Shown here: one piece after another, positions 13,760-22,240 of the stretch
Position numbering within the stretch: the stretch's first letter is position 1
Layout of the letters: every line of letters begins with the position of its first letter
Assembly: GCF_000300075.1 (NCBI RefSeq)
Contig: NC_018677.1
Coordinates: 30,001 to 62,000 of the forward strand
Length of the DNA: 32,000 bases
Origin: Candidatus Saccharimonadota bacterium
Lineage (GTDB): Bacteria; Pseudomonadota; Gammaproteobacteria; Johnevansiales; Johnevansiaceae
Reading direction: 5' to 3'
Program-made: the position numbers and the translations under genes
Notes under the pieces: generated by a model
Databases searched by the model: none
What the model saw: only the letters and a program-made list of their open reading frames with translations
What the model was told of the DNA's origin: nothing

Positions 13760-13764
13760 TTAAA

Positions 13765-14391
13765 ATGGAAAAAATTATTAAGCACAAAGGATTAGTTGTA
13801 CCTATAAATAGATCAAACATAGATACTGATTTAATAATTCCTAAGCAATTTTTAAAAGCAATAAATAGTAGTGGATTTGGTTTAAATTTATTTGATGGAT
13901 TGCGGTATATTGATGAAGGTTATCCAGGAAAAAAAAACAGATTAATAAATAAAGATTTTGTTTTAAATAAATCTAGATATAAAGGAGCTAGTATATTATT
14001 AACACGTAAGAATTTTGGATGTGGAAGCTCTAGAGAACATGCAGTTTGGGCACTTAAAGAGTATGGTTTTAAAATAATTATAGCGCAAAGCTTTGCAGAA
14101 ATATTTTATAATAATGCATTAAAAAATGGTATTCTAATTATAACGGTCAAAAAAAATTTGATAAAGGATCTGTTTTTATCTGTTTGCAAAGAAAAAGGTT
14201 ATATGGTAAATATAAATTTACCAAAACAAATATTATATAATAAAAGTGGAAAAAAGTTTAAGTTTACAATAGATCCGTTTAGCAAATACTGCTTAGAAAA
14301 TGGGTTAGATGATATAGGGATTACATTTAAAGAAATAAAACTTATTAAAAAGTTTGAACATATTCATAACAAAAAAAATCCTTGGTTATAA
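13765..14391 (+). CDS. leuD: 3-isopropylmalate dehydratase small subunit
   Basis: The protein is 208 aa. It has NFGCGSSREHAVWAL, the canonical LeuD motif, and N-terminal VVPINRSNIDTDLIIPKQFLK. Confidence 0.95.
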   Translation: MEKIIKHKGLVVPINRSNIDTDLIIPKQFLKAINSSGFGLNLFDGLRYIDEGYPGKKNRLINKDFVLNKSRYKGASILLTRKNFGCGSSREHAVWALKEYGFKIIIAQSFAEIFYNNALKNGILIITVKKNLIKDLFLSVCKEKGYMVNINLPKQILYNKSGKKFKFTIDPFSKYCLENGLDDIGITFKEIKLIKKFEHIHNKKNPWL

Positions 14392-14397
14392 AATAAT

Positions 14398-15483
14398 ATG
14401 AAAAATGAAATTTTGATTTTACCTGGTGATGGTATAGGGCCCGAAGTGATCAATGAAGCAGTTAAAGTAATTAAAGTTTTGCAAAAAAAGAAATTAATTA
14501 ATTCAGTTATTCGTTATGCGAAAATTGGCGGCTATGCAATAGATACAGTTGGTTTACCACTTCCAAATGATACATTAAAAGCAGCAAAAGCATCTCGCTC
14601 AATTTTATTAGGTGCTGTAGGAGGTCATAAGTGGGATAATATAAAAGACTTTAATAAACGCCCGGAATATGGATTGTTAAAATTACGTAAATCATTAAAG
14701 TTTTTTGCTAATTTAAGACATACTTGTTTTAATCCACAAGTATTATCATCAAGCATAAAATCAGAAAAATTATCAAATGTTAATATTTTGCTTGTAAGAG
14801 AATTAAGTCAAGGTATTTATTTTGGTAAGCCAAGAGGTGTTTTATATAATAAATATTTTTTACGACATGGTTATAACACATCAAAGTTAGATGAAAAAGC
14901 AATACGTAGAATTGGTATAATAGCTTTTGAAATTGCTAAAACCCGTAAAAAAAAAATTTGTTCAGTAGATAAAGCTAACGTTCTAGAAGTTTCAAGGTTA
15001 TGGAGAGAAATAATTTCTGATTTAGCCAAGTCATATCCGGAAGTAAAAGTTTCTCATATGTATGTTGATAATGCCGCTATGCAAATTATATTATCACCAA
15101 AAATCTTTGACGTAATTGTTACTGGAAATATGTTTGGAGATATCATCTCTGATGAAGCGGCTAATTTAACGGGATCAATAGGTATGTTGCCTTCAGCTTC
15201 TATAAATTCAATAGGACAATCTTTATTTGAACCTTGTCATGGAAGTGCTCCAGATATTGAAAATAAAGGAATTGCTAATCCTATTGCTACAATTTTATCA
15301 GTTTCAATGATGTTACATTTTTCCTTACAAAAACCTTTATTATCTAAATATTTAAATGCTTCTATAAGTAATGTTTTGAAGAAAGGATTTCGTACAGCAG
15401 ATATAAAATATACTGGAATAAAAATAGTTTCTACAAAACAAATGGGTGATTTAATTATTGAAGAATTTGAAAAATTAATTTAA
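14398..15483 (+). CDS. leuB: 3-isopropylmalate dehydrogenase
   Basis: The protein is 361 aa. It has LPGDGIGPEV, NMFGDIISDEAA and EPCHGSAPDI motifs. Confidence 0.96.
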   Translation: MKNEILILPGDGIGPEVINEAVKVIKVLQKKKLINSVIRYAKIGGYAIDTVGLPLPNDTLKAAKASRSILLGAVGGHKWDNIKDFNKRPEYGLLKLRKSLKFFANLRHTCFNPQVLSSSIKSEKLSNVNILLVRELSQGIYFGKPRGVLYNKYFLRHGYNTSKLDEKAIRRIGIIAFEIAKTRKKKICSVDKANVLEVSRLWREIISDLAKSYPEVKVSHMYVDNAAMQIILSPKIFDVIVTGNMFGDIISDEAANLTGSIGMLPSASINSIGQSLFEPCHGSAPDIENKGIANPIATILSVSMMLHFSLQKPLLSKYLNASISNVLKKGFRTADIKYTGIKIVSTKQMGDLIIEEFEKLI

Positions 15484-15508
15484 ACAAAATTATTAGGAAA
15501 ATCAATTA

Positions 15509-16600
15509 ATGCTTAAAATGGGTTTCGTAGGTTGGAGAGGTATGGTAGGTTCAGTTTTAATTCAACGTATGCTTGAAGAAAATGATTTTAATTATATTGA
15601 ACCTATTTTTTTTTCTACAACTAAATTTGGTAAAACAGGTCCTATTTATGCCACAAAGATACAAAATGCTTATGATTTAAACAAACTAAAAAAATTAAAT
15701 GTCATTATTACTTGTCAAGGAGGGGATTATACAAATCGGATTTATAAGAGTTTACGTAATACTGGTTGGAACGGTTATTGGATTGATTCATCAAGTAAAC
15801 TTAGAATGGATAGTAATTCAATTATTGTTTTAGATCCTATAAATATTAAAATTATAGAACAAAGTTTATATTTAGGCATAAAAAATTTTATTGGAGGAAA
15901 CTGTACAGTCAGTTTAATGTTGTTAAGTTTGGGTGGTTTATTTCAAAATAACCTTATAGAATGGATTACTTCTATGACATATCAAGCAGCTTCAGGAGCT
16001 GGATCAAAGCATATGATTGAGTTATTAAATCAGATGCGTATACTTGGTAATATCGTTAAGAAAAATAACAATGCAAAATCAATTTTAGAAATAGATTCAA
16101 AAATTACTAAGTTTATGGGTAAGCTACCAATAAAAAATTTTGGAGCTCCTATAGCTGGGAGTTTAATGCCTTGGATAGACAAAAAGATGGATAATGGACA
16201 AAGTAAAGAAGAATGGAAAGGAAATGTTGAAACTAATAAAATATTAGGTTGTTCTCCTAATACAATTAAAATAGATGGTATATGTGTGAGAATTGGTGCT
16301 ATGCGTTGTCATTCTCAAGCATTTTTTATTAAGTTGAAAAAAAATATTCCTATAAAGGATATAGAATCAATAATTAAAGAACATAATCCTTGGGTAAAAG
16401 TTATAAAAAATAATAGTACTCAAAGTTTAAAAAAATTAACACCAGCAGCAGTAACAGGTACTATGTCAATACCAATAGGGAGATTACGTAAAGCTAGTAT
16501 AGGAAGCAAATTTATAACTGCATTTACAGTAGGAGATCAACTATTATGGGGGGCAGCAGAACCTATAAGAAGAATGCTAAAAATACTCGTTAATAGATAA
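15509..16600 (+). CDS. asd: Aspartate-semialdehyde dehydrogenase
   Basis: The protein is 363 aa. It has the N-terminal GFVGWRGMVGSVL and the active-site GGNCTVSLML. Confidence 0.96.
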   Translation: MLKMGFVGWRGMVGSVLIQRMLEENDFNYIEPIFFSTTKFGKTGPIYATKIQNAYDLNKLKKLNVIITCQGGDYTNRIYKSLRNTGWNGYWIDSSSKLRMDSNSIIVLDPINIKIIEQSLYLGIKNFIGGNCTVSLMLLSLGGLFQNNLIEWITSMTYQAASGAGSKHMIELLNQMRILGNIVKKNNNAKSILEIDSKITKFMGKLPIKNFGAPIAGSLMPWIDKKMDNGQSKEEWKGNVETNKILGCSPNTIKIDGICVRIGAMRCHSQAFFIKLKKNIPIKDIESIIKEHNPWVKVIKNNSTQSLKKLTPAAVTGTMSIPIGRLRKASIGSKFITAFTVGDQLLWGAAEPIRRMLKILVNR

Positions 16601-16603
16601 CTT

Positions 16604-17428
16604 ATGACTTTGTTTTATAATTTAAATTTTATTTATGGACGTATAGTTTTAGGTGTTGAATATATTGGTTGTGAATATTTTGGTTGGCAACTACTTAAAC
16701 ATTTTAATACAATACAACAACAAATAGAAGAAGCTTTAAAGTATTTTACAGGACATTCAATTACTTTAAAAGCTAGTTCGCGAACAGATTCTGGGGTACA
16801 TGCAATAAAGCAAATAGCGCAGTTTGATACATTTATATGTCGTAGTCAAAAAGCATGGGTATTAGGTCTAAACTCTAAATTACCTAGTGATATACGAATT
16901 CGTTGGGTCGTTAAAGTATCTGATAAGTTTAACTCGCGTAAAGCAATTGCTAGAAGATATAACTATTTAATCTATAACAAGTTTGTACATTCAGCTTTAA
17001 TAAGGAATACTAGGATTTGGCAGAAAAAACCTCTAAATATAAAGAAAATGCATATTGCTGCTCAAAGTTTGGTTGGAAAACATGATTTTACATCTTTTCG
17101 TTCTTCAAGTTGTAAATCTATAAATACAATTAAAATTTTACATTTTATTGAAGTTCGTAGCTATGGTCCAATAGTTATAATTGATATACAAGCAAATTCA
17201 TTTTTACATCATATGGTAAGAAATATTGTTGGAGTATTAGTAGACATAGGTAAGTGTCGTCGTTCAGTAAAATGGTGCAAAAATTTATTATTAAAAAAAA
17301 ATCGCAAAGAAGCAGGTAAAACAGCAACAGCAAAAGGATTATATTTGGTTGATGTTCTATTTAATAAAGAATTACAAGATCAACTACCAACAGAATATAT
17401 AGGTTCACATCAGTTATTTTATATTTAG
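16604..17428 (+). CDS. truA: tRNA pseudouridine(38-40) synthase
   Basis: The protein is 274 aa. It has the catalytic SSRTDSGVHA motif and FLHHMVRNIVG. Confidence 0.93.
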   Translation: MTLFYNLNFIYGRIVLGVEYIGCEYFGWQLLKHFNTIQQQIEEALKYFTGHSITLKASSRTDSGVHAIKQIAQFDTFICRSQKAWVLGLNSKLPSDIRIRWVVKVSDKFNSRKAIARRYNYLIYNKFVHSALIRNTRIWQKKPLNIKKMHIAAQSLVGKHDFTSFRSSSCKSINTIKILHFIEVRSYGPIVIIDIQANSFLHHMVRNIVGVLVDIGKCRRSVKWCKNLLLKKNRKEAGKTATAKGLYLVDVLFNKELQDQLPTEYIGSHQLFYI

Positions 17429-17448
17429 AAAAATGGAGTATATTTAAA

Positions 17449-18084
17449 ATGAAAACTAAACGAGTAAAAGTAAAATATTGTGGAATCACTAATAAAGAAG
17501 ATCTAAAAGATGCTGTAAATTCTGGAGTTGACGCACTAGGTTTTATACTTTGGCCTGGTAGTAAACGTTCTGTTGATATTCATCGGTTAATTCTTTTATC
17601 TACTAAAGTTCCTGTTTTTGTTTGTCGTGTTGGTGTTTTTTTTAATCAAAGCTATGACTTTATATCTTCTTGTACTCCTTTTTTGGATAGTTTACAATTT
17701 CATGGTAATGAACATTCTAAGTTTTGTAATTTATTTAAGAAACCATGGATAAAAGCATTACGTATGTCTCATAATATAGACCTACTGATGGAATCAGAAA
17801 TTTACAGCAAAGCATATGGGTTACTTTTAGATACTTATTGTGCATGTTTACCAGGAGGTACAGGAAAAAGTTTTGATTGGTTTAAAATAAAACAAAACCT
17901 TAACAATAATATAATTTTAGCAGGTGGATTAAATTCTTTAAATGTAAATAAAGCTATAAAAATAGTTTTACCATATGCCGTAGATGTTGCTAAAGGTATT
18001 GAATTATCAGAAGGTATAAAAGATCATTATAAAATGAATGCTTTTGCTATAGCCGTTAACAAAGCTAATATATTGTTTTTTTAG
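17449..18084 (+). CDS. trpF: Monofunctional N-(5-phosphoribosyl)anthranilate isomerase
   Basis: The protein is 211 aa. It has VKYCGIT, LQFHGNE and ILAGGLN motifs. The truA-trpF adjacency matches Pseudomonas. Confidence 0.9.
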   Translation: MKTKRVKVKYCGITNKEDLKDAVNSGVDALGFILWPGSKRSVDIHRLILLSTKVPVFVCRVGVFFNQSYDFISSCTPFLDSLQFHGNEHSKFCNLFKKPWIKALRMSHNIDLLMESEIYSKAYGLLLDTYCACLPGGTGKSFDWFKIKQNLNNNIILAGGLNSLNVNKAIKIVLPYAVDVAKGIELSEGIKDHYKMNAFAIAVNKANILFF

Positions 18085-18119
18085 GCAAACTTTTTATTAA
18101 AAATAATAGGATAGACACA

Positions 18120-18722
18120 ATGGGTTTATTATCTGGATGCAATGGTTTAATATTAGGTGGAGCTTTAATTATAGTTATAGGAGCACAAAATGCATTTGTT
18201 TTAAATCAAGGATTACGTGGTAATTATCCTTGGATGGTTGCATTTATATGTGCATTGTGTGATGTAATATTAACTGCAACCGGTGTTGCAGGACTTTCAG
18301 TTTTTATTCAAAACCATAAAGATTTTATTATTATAGCACGTTGGATAGGTATATTTTTTTTAATATTACAATCTATAAAAGCGTTTGTACGTATGCGTGA
18401 ATCAGAACAACTACAACTTCTAAAAAATTGTTATAAAGGAAGATTAAGTATTTTTTTTTATACCCTTGCTATTACATTACTTAATCCACATGTTTATTTT
18501 GATACTTTATTAATGTTAGGTACTATTGGGGCATCTCAGGCTTGTCCATTTATGTTTGTTTTAGGCGCTGGATTAGCTTCTTTTTTATGGTTTTTTAGTT
18601 TAATTTTTATAGCTAGAACATTTAAATTATTACTAGCGTCTTCTAAAGTATGGAGATTATTGGATTTAATTACGGGAATAATTTTGTTATTTGTCGCTTG
18701 GCAATTACTACTACCTTTTTAA
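18120..18722 (+). CDS. argO: LysE/ArgO-family basic amino acid exporter
   Basis: The protein is 200 aa with about 6 TM segments. GAQNAFVLNQGLRG, LNPHVYFDT and ASFLWFF align with E. coli ArgO (GPQNAFVMNQGIRR, LNPHVYLDT, ASFLWFF). Confidence 0.85.
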   Translation: MGLLSGCNGLILGGALIIVIGAQNAFVLNQGLRGNYPWMVAFICALCDVILTATGVAGLSVFIQNHKDFIIIARWIGIFFLILQSIKAFVRMRESEQLQLLKNCYKGRLSIFFYTLAITLLNPHVYFDTLLMLGTIGASQACPFMFVLGAGLASFLWFFSLIFIARTFKLLLASSKVWRLLDLITGIILLFVAWQLLLPF

Positions 18723-18732
18723 ATAAAAATAT

Positions 18733-19998
18733 ATGTTAGATATTAAATTAATTTGCAACAATTTTAATAATGTTGTTAAAAAATTAGCCAGCCGTGGTTA
18801 TGAATTAGATATTAAAAAAATTAAAACGTTGCTAGAAATACGCAATAAGTTTAAAACTAATACTGAAACTTTACAAAATAAACGCAATATTATATCTAAA
18901 ACTATAGGAAACAACAAGAATTATATATTAAAAGTACAAAAGTTATTTGTAAAAGTAAAAAAAATAAATCATAAACTTCATAAAAATATTTTATGTTTAG
19001 AAGTAACCAACAAAAAAATTTATAATATTTTATTTAAAATACCAAACTTACCACATAATAGTGTACCAATTAAAACCAATATAGAGATAATACGTTGGGG
19101 AGTTCCTAAATCATTTAACTTTTCCATACGTGATCATATTAAGATAGGCTTATTAAATGGTGATATTGATTTTGAATTAGCAACTAAAATAACTGGTTCT
19201 AATTTTACTTTAATACGTGGAAATTTAGCTAAATTACATCGTGCTTTAATACAATTTATGTTAGATAAGCAAATTAATGATCATGGTTATGAAGAAATGT
19301 ATGTGCCATATATAATTAATAGAACTTCTTTAGTAGGTACAGGTCAATTACCTCAATTTAATAAAAATGTTTTTGAACTTGAAGGAGAAAATGAATATTT
19401 TCTTATTCCTACAGCTGAAGTCCCTTTAGTTAATAGTGTCAGTGGTAAACTTTTCAATGTTAATGATTTACCAATTAAATTAACAGCACATTCTCCTTGT
19501 TTTAGAAACGAACCTGTATCTTATGGAACTGATTCTCGTGGTATGTTGAGACAGCTACAGTTTGATAAAATAGAATTAGTTCAAATAGTACATCCTGAAA
19601 AATCTTATGTTGTATTAGAAGATATGACTAACCATGCTGAAGAAATTTTAAAAGCATTAAATTTGCCTTATAGAGTTATAAGTTTATGTAAGGAAGATAT
19701 TAGTTTTTGTGCATCTAAAACTTATGATATAGAAGTTTGGATTCCTAGTCTTGAAACTTATTTAGAGATTTCATCGATATCTAATTGTGAGGATTTTCAA
19801 GCAAGAAGAATTAAAACTAGATTTCGTATTAATAAAGACAAAGCAAAGCCTAAATTTGTACATACACTTAATGGCTCTGGACTAGCTGTTGGTCGTTGTT
19901 TGTTAGCCGTATTGGAATATTATCAAAACGAAGATGGCTCTATTACAGTTCCAGATAGTTTGCGCTCTTATATGTGTGGTATTAACCGTCTTTATTAG
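18733..19998 (+). CDS. serS: Seryl-tRNA synthetase
   Basis: The protein is 421 aa. It has an N-terminal coiled-coil arm and class II motifs (FRNE, RQLQFDKIELV, TLNGSGLAVGR). Confidence 0.96.
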   Translation: MLDIKLICNNFNNVVKKLASRGYELDIKKIKTLLEIRNKFKTNTETLQNKRNIISKTIGNNKNYILKVQKLFVKVKKINHKLHKNILCLEVTNKKIYNILFKIPNLPHNSVPIKTNIEIIRWGVPKSFNFSIRDHIKIGLLNGDIDFELATKITGSNFTLIRGNLAKLHRALIQFMLDKQINDHGYEEMYVPYIINRTSLVGTGQLPQFNKNVFELEGENEYFLIPTAEVPLVNSVSGKLFNVNDLPIKLTAHSPCFRNEPVSYGTDSRGMLRQLQFDKIELVQIVHPEKSYVVLEDMTNHAEEILKALNLPYRVISLCKEDISFCASKTYDIEVWIPSLETYLEISSISNCEDFQARRIKTRFRINKDKAKPKFVHTLNGSGLAVGRCLLAVLEYYQNEDGSITVPDSLRSYMCGINRLY

Positions 19999-20576
19999 TT
20001 CTTTTTTTTTTAGTTTTTGCTGGTTTTTTCTTTTAACCCTTACTACTACATATACCCCTAACATAAAAACACAATTTACCACTTTTTGCTAATAACTACA
20101 CTACTTTTACAAATACATAACTATTTAACAACACCTACTGTTATATTTTTATATTCTTAATAACTTTTAACTATAATTAAACAATAACTAATAGTTAACA
20201 ATATAAGCTATTAATTAACATCACAAAAGCATTAAACCTAAGTGCTAAACACAACTACATAACAAACTTTTTAACACAATATTCCATTTAATAATACAAC
20301 TACAATTCATAATTTTTACAAAACACAAACAATTAAACTGCTAACACATAAACACATAAGCATTTATACTATCAGCTATAAAAAATAAAACAAAACTACA
20401 TAACTTTTAAGAACAAACAAACAAATGATTTTTAAGCTAACAGCTTTTAATCAAATAACAACTTTTTACATAACTAACCCTCTAACAAAAAAAACATAAA
20501 ATATAAGTCATTACAATATTTTGTATATACTACTAAAACATAACAACACAACAAGAACAGCAAAAAAAACAAAAAA
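19999..20576. other. 578-bp non-coding spacer between serS and tRNA-Arg. It begins with a T-rich 40 nt and is then G-poor and A/C/T-rich.
   Basis: The spacer has no ORF. It shares a 33-34-nt module with the argF-leuD spacer (20468-20500 versus 13013-13046). Confidence 0.8.
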
Positions 20577-20650
20577 GCGCCTGTAACTCAATTGGACAGA
20601 GTATTTAACTACGAATTAAAGGGTTGGAGGTTCGATCCCTCTCAGGCGTA
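20577..20650 (+). tRNA. tRNA-Arg, anticodon ACG
   Basis: I folded the cloverleaf by hand. The acceptor stem is gcgcctg/caggcgt (one G-U pair). The D stem is actc/gagt. The anticodon stem is tttaa/ttaaa with loop ctACGaa. The variable loop is 5 nt. The T arm is ggagg-ttcgatc-cctct. The discriminator is A. It is 74 nt long and CCA is not encoded. Confidence 0.92.
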
Positions 20651-20659
20651 TTATAGTTT

Positions 20660-22240
20660 CTAAAAAAAATGAAGTTGTAAAAATAGGTTTGTTATATTGA
20701 GTTTTTGTACAAGAAAATTAAATAAATATCTTTTATAATGATTTGGTAAACTTTGTTTGGTTGTTTGCCCAAAAACAACAATAATTATAGGATTTATATT
20801 TATTTGTTTTGCTAATAATAATTTAAAATTATGCTTGTTTTTAAAGAGGGGTTTTTTTTTTATTGCTAAATTTAGCAAGTTTGTTAAAAATTTAATAGAC
20901 CAAAATTTTGTCTTTAAAAACACAAATAAGTCAAGAGAATTAAAAATGGAAACGAAATTATAAAGATATAAAGCAGAAATAAAATGCATGGTTAAAATTT
21001 TTGTAAATTGATATAACTTAGAATACAACAACTGATGTATAAACATAATTTGTTTGTTATTGATTGCATCACATTTATTAAAAATTAAAAATAAATGTTT
21101 TCCTGAAAATAAAATCTGTTTTAAAAGAAAGATATCTTGTTCGAAAAAGCCCCTAGTTGCATCGATAACATAAAAAACAATATCATAGTGATGTATAAAC
21201 TTACTAAATAGTTTAAGTTGTTTTATAGTGTTAGTTATTCCTTTTGTATCTGTTAACAGAAATAAATGATTTTTATAGAGGATTTTAATCGTTATATTTT
21301 CTCGTGTAGTACCAGGTTGATGATTAATAATTAAACGCGTTTCTTTTACTAAGCTATTTATTAGTGTTGATTTCCCAACATTGGTTTTACCAATAATACA
21401 TATATTTGTAAGATTACTAGTTTTATGATTGTTGTTTTGTTTATGCTTATTTTGGTTAGTTGTTATTTGTTTAAAGGCTTTGAGTTTAATAGGATTTTTA
21501 TTAATAGGTTGTTTTATGGTTGTTATTTGTTTAAAACTTTTGATAATATTTTTATGTTTGCTGTTTATTAATAGATTGTTATTGGTTATTTTATGATGTG
21601 TGTTTTTGATTTTGAGAGTTTTGTTTTGTGTATGCTGGTTAGTTTTTATTATGTTAGTTGTTATTTTAAGATGTGTGTTGTGAAGTAAAAAGGGTTTAAG
21701 TGTTGTGTTTTGTGTTTGATTTATATAATTGGTTTTATTATCATTAGACAAAATACCAGAAATTCTTGTTAACAAATGTTTTATATTAATTTTGTGTAAA
21801 GCAGAAATAAAAAGTGTTTGATCGTCATAATTTAAATAATTAAAAGAACACGGTATCATATAATCAATTTTGTTAATAATAAATATTATTGTTTTATTTT
21901 TTTTTTGTAAAAACTTAATGATTTTTTTGTAAAAAGAATCTAAGTGACTGTAAGCTGTTATTAAAAACAAAATGATATGTGCTTCTTGAATAGCTATTTT
22001 TGTTTGTTTATTTATACAATAGGTTAGATTGTTTGTTTTATAAGAAAAGAAATCAGTAGAAAGTGCAGCTGTATCTATTAAAGTGCAGTTTTTATTATTT
22101 AGTTGTAATATTCCATACTTTCTATCTCTTGTAAAAAAAGGAATATTGTTTGTTATAGAATCTTTATTTTTTGTTAAGCAATTAAACAATGTTGATTTTC
22201 CTACATTGGTTTTACCAATTATTGTAATAATTTGACTCAT
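20660..22240 (-). CDS. der: Ribosome-associated double-GTPase Der (EngA) with an expanded inter-domain linker
   Basis: The protein is 526 aa. GD1 has GKTNVGKS / DTAA / NKID. GD2 has GKTNVGKS / DTKG / NKCD, starting at about aa 281. A KH-like C-terminus follows. The linker between the two domains is about 114 aa of low complexity. Confidence 0.9.
   Translation of the reverse strand: MSQIITIIGKTNVGKSTLFNCLTKNKDSITNNIPFFTRDRKYGILQLNNKNCTLIDTAALSTDFFSYKTNNLTYCINKQTKIAIQEAHIILFLITAYSHLDSFYKKIIKFLQKKNKTIIFIINKIDYMIPCSFNYLNYDDQTLFISALHKINIKHLLTRISGILSNDNKTNYINQTQNTTLKPFLLHNTHLKITTNIIKTNQHTQNKTLKIKNTHHKITNNNLLINSKHKNIIKSFKQITTIKQPINKNPIKLKAFKQITTNQNKHKQNNNHKTSNLTNICIIGKTNVGKSTLINSLVKETRLIINHQPGTTRENITIKILYKNHLFLLTDTKGITNTIKQLKLFSKFIHHYDIVFYVIDATRGFFEQDIFLLKQILFSGKHLFLIFNKCDAINNKQIMFIHQLLYSKLYQFTKILTMHFISALYLYNFVSIFNSLDLFVFLKTKFWSIKFLTNLLNLAIKKKPLFKNKHNFKLLLAKQININPIIIVVFGQTTKQSLPNHYKRYLFNFLVQKLNITNLFLQLHFF
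21404..21745 (-). repeat. In-frame low-complexity linker expansion of der, made of spacer-like A/C/T-only sequence on the sense strand, including a 60-bp tandem duplication
   Basis: The plus strand of 21421-21720 contains only 5 C in 300 nt, so the sense strand has 5 G. The sequence tgttatttgtttaaa recurs at 21461 and 21521, exactly 20 codons apart, and FKQITT recurs at aa 236 and 256. Confidence 0.85.

Larger units (their letters stand above)
12181..13764. other. 1.58-kb non-coding spacer between argF and leuD. It is almost G-free on the plus strand, microsatellite-rich, and A-rich and T-poor from about 13190.
   Basis: By direct count there are 14 G in nt 12181-12960 and no G at all in 12540-12899 (360 nt), while C stays common. 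There is no plus-strand ORF. The minus-strand track ORF at 13582-13785 is an artefact. Confidence 0.85.

Noticed and set aside
19999-20040. The T-rich run right after the serS stop could be an intrinsic terminator.
   Set aside because: No GC-containing hairpin precedes the T tract. The other gene ends in the window likewise lack stem-loops stronger than chance AT pairing.
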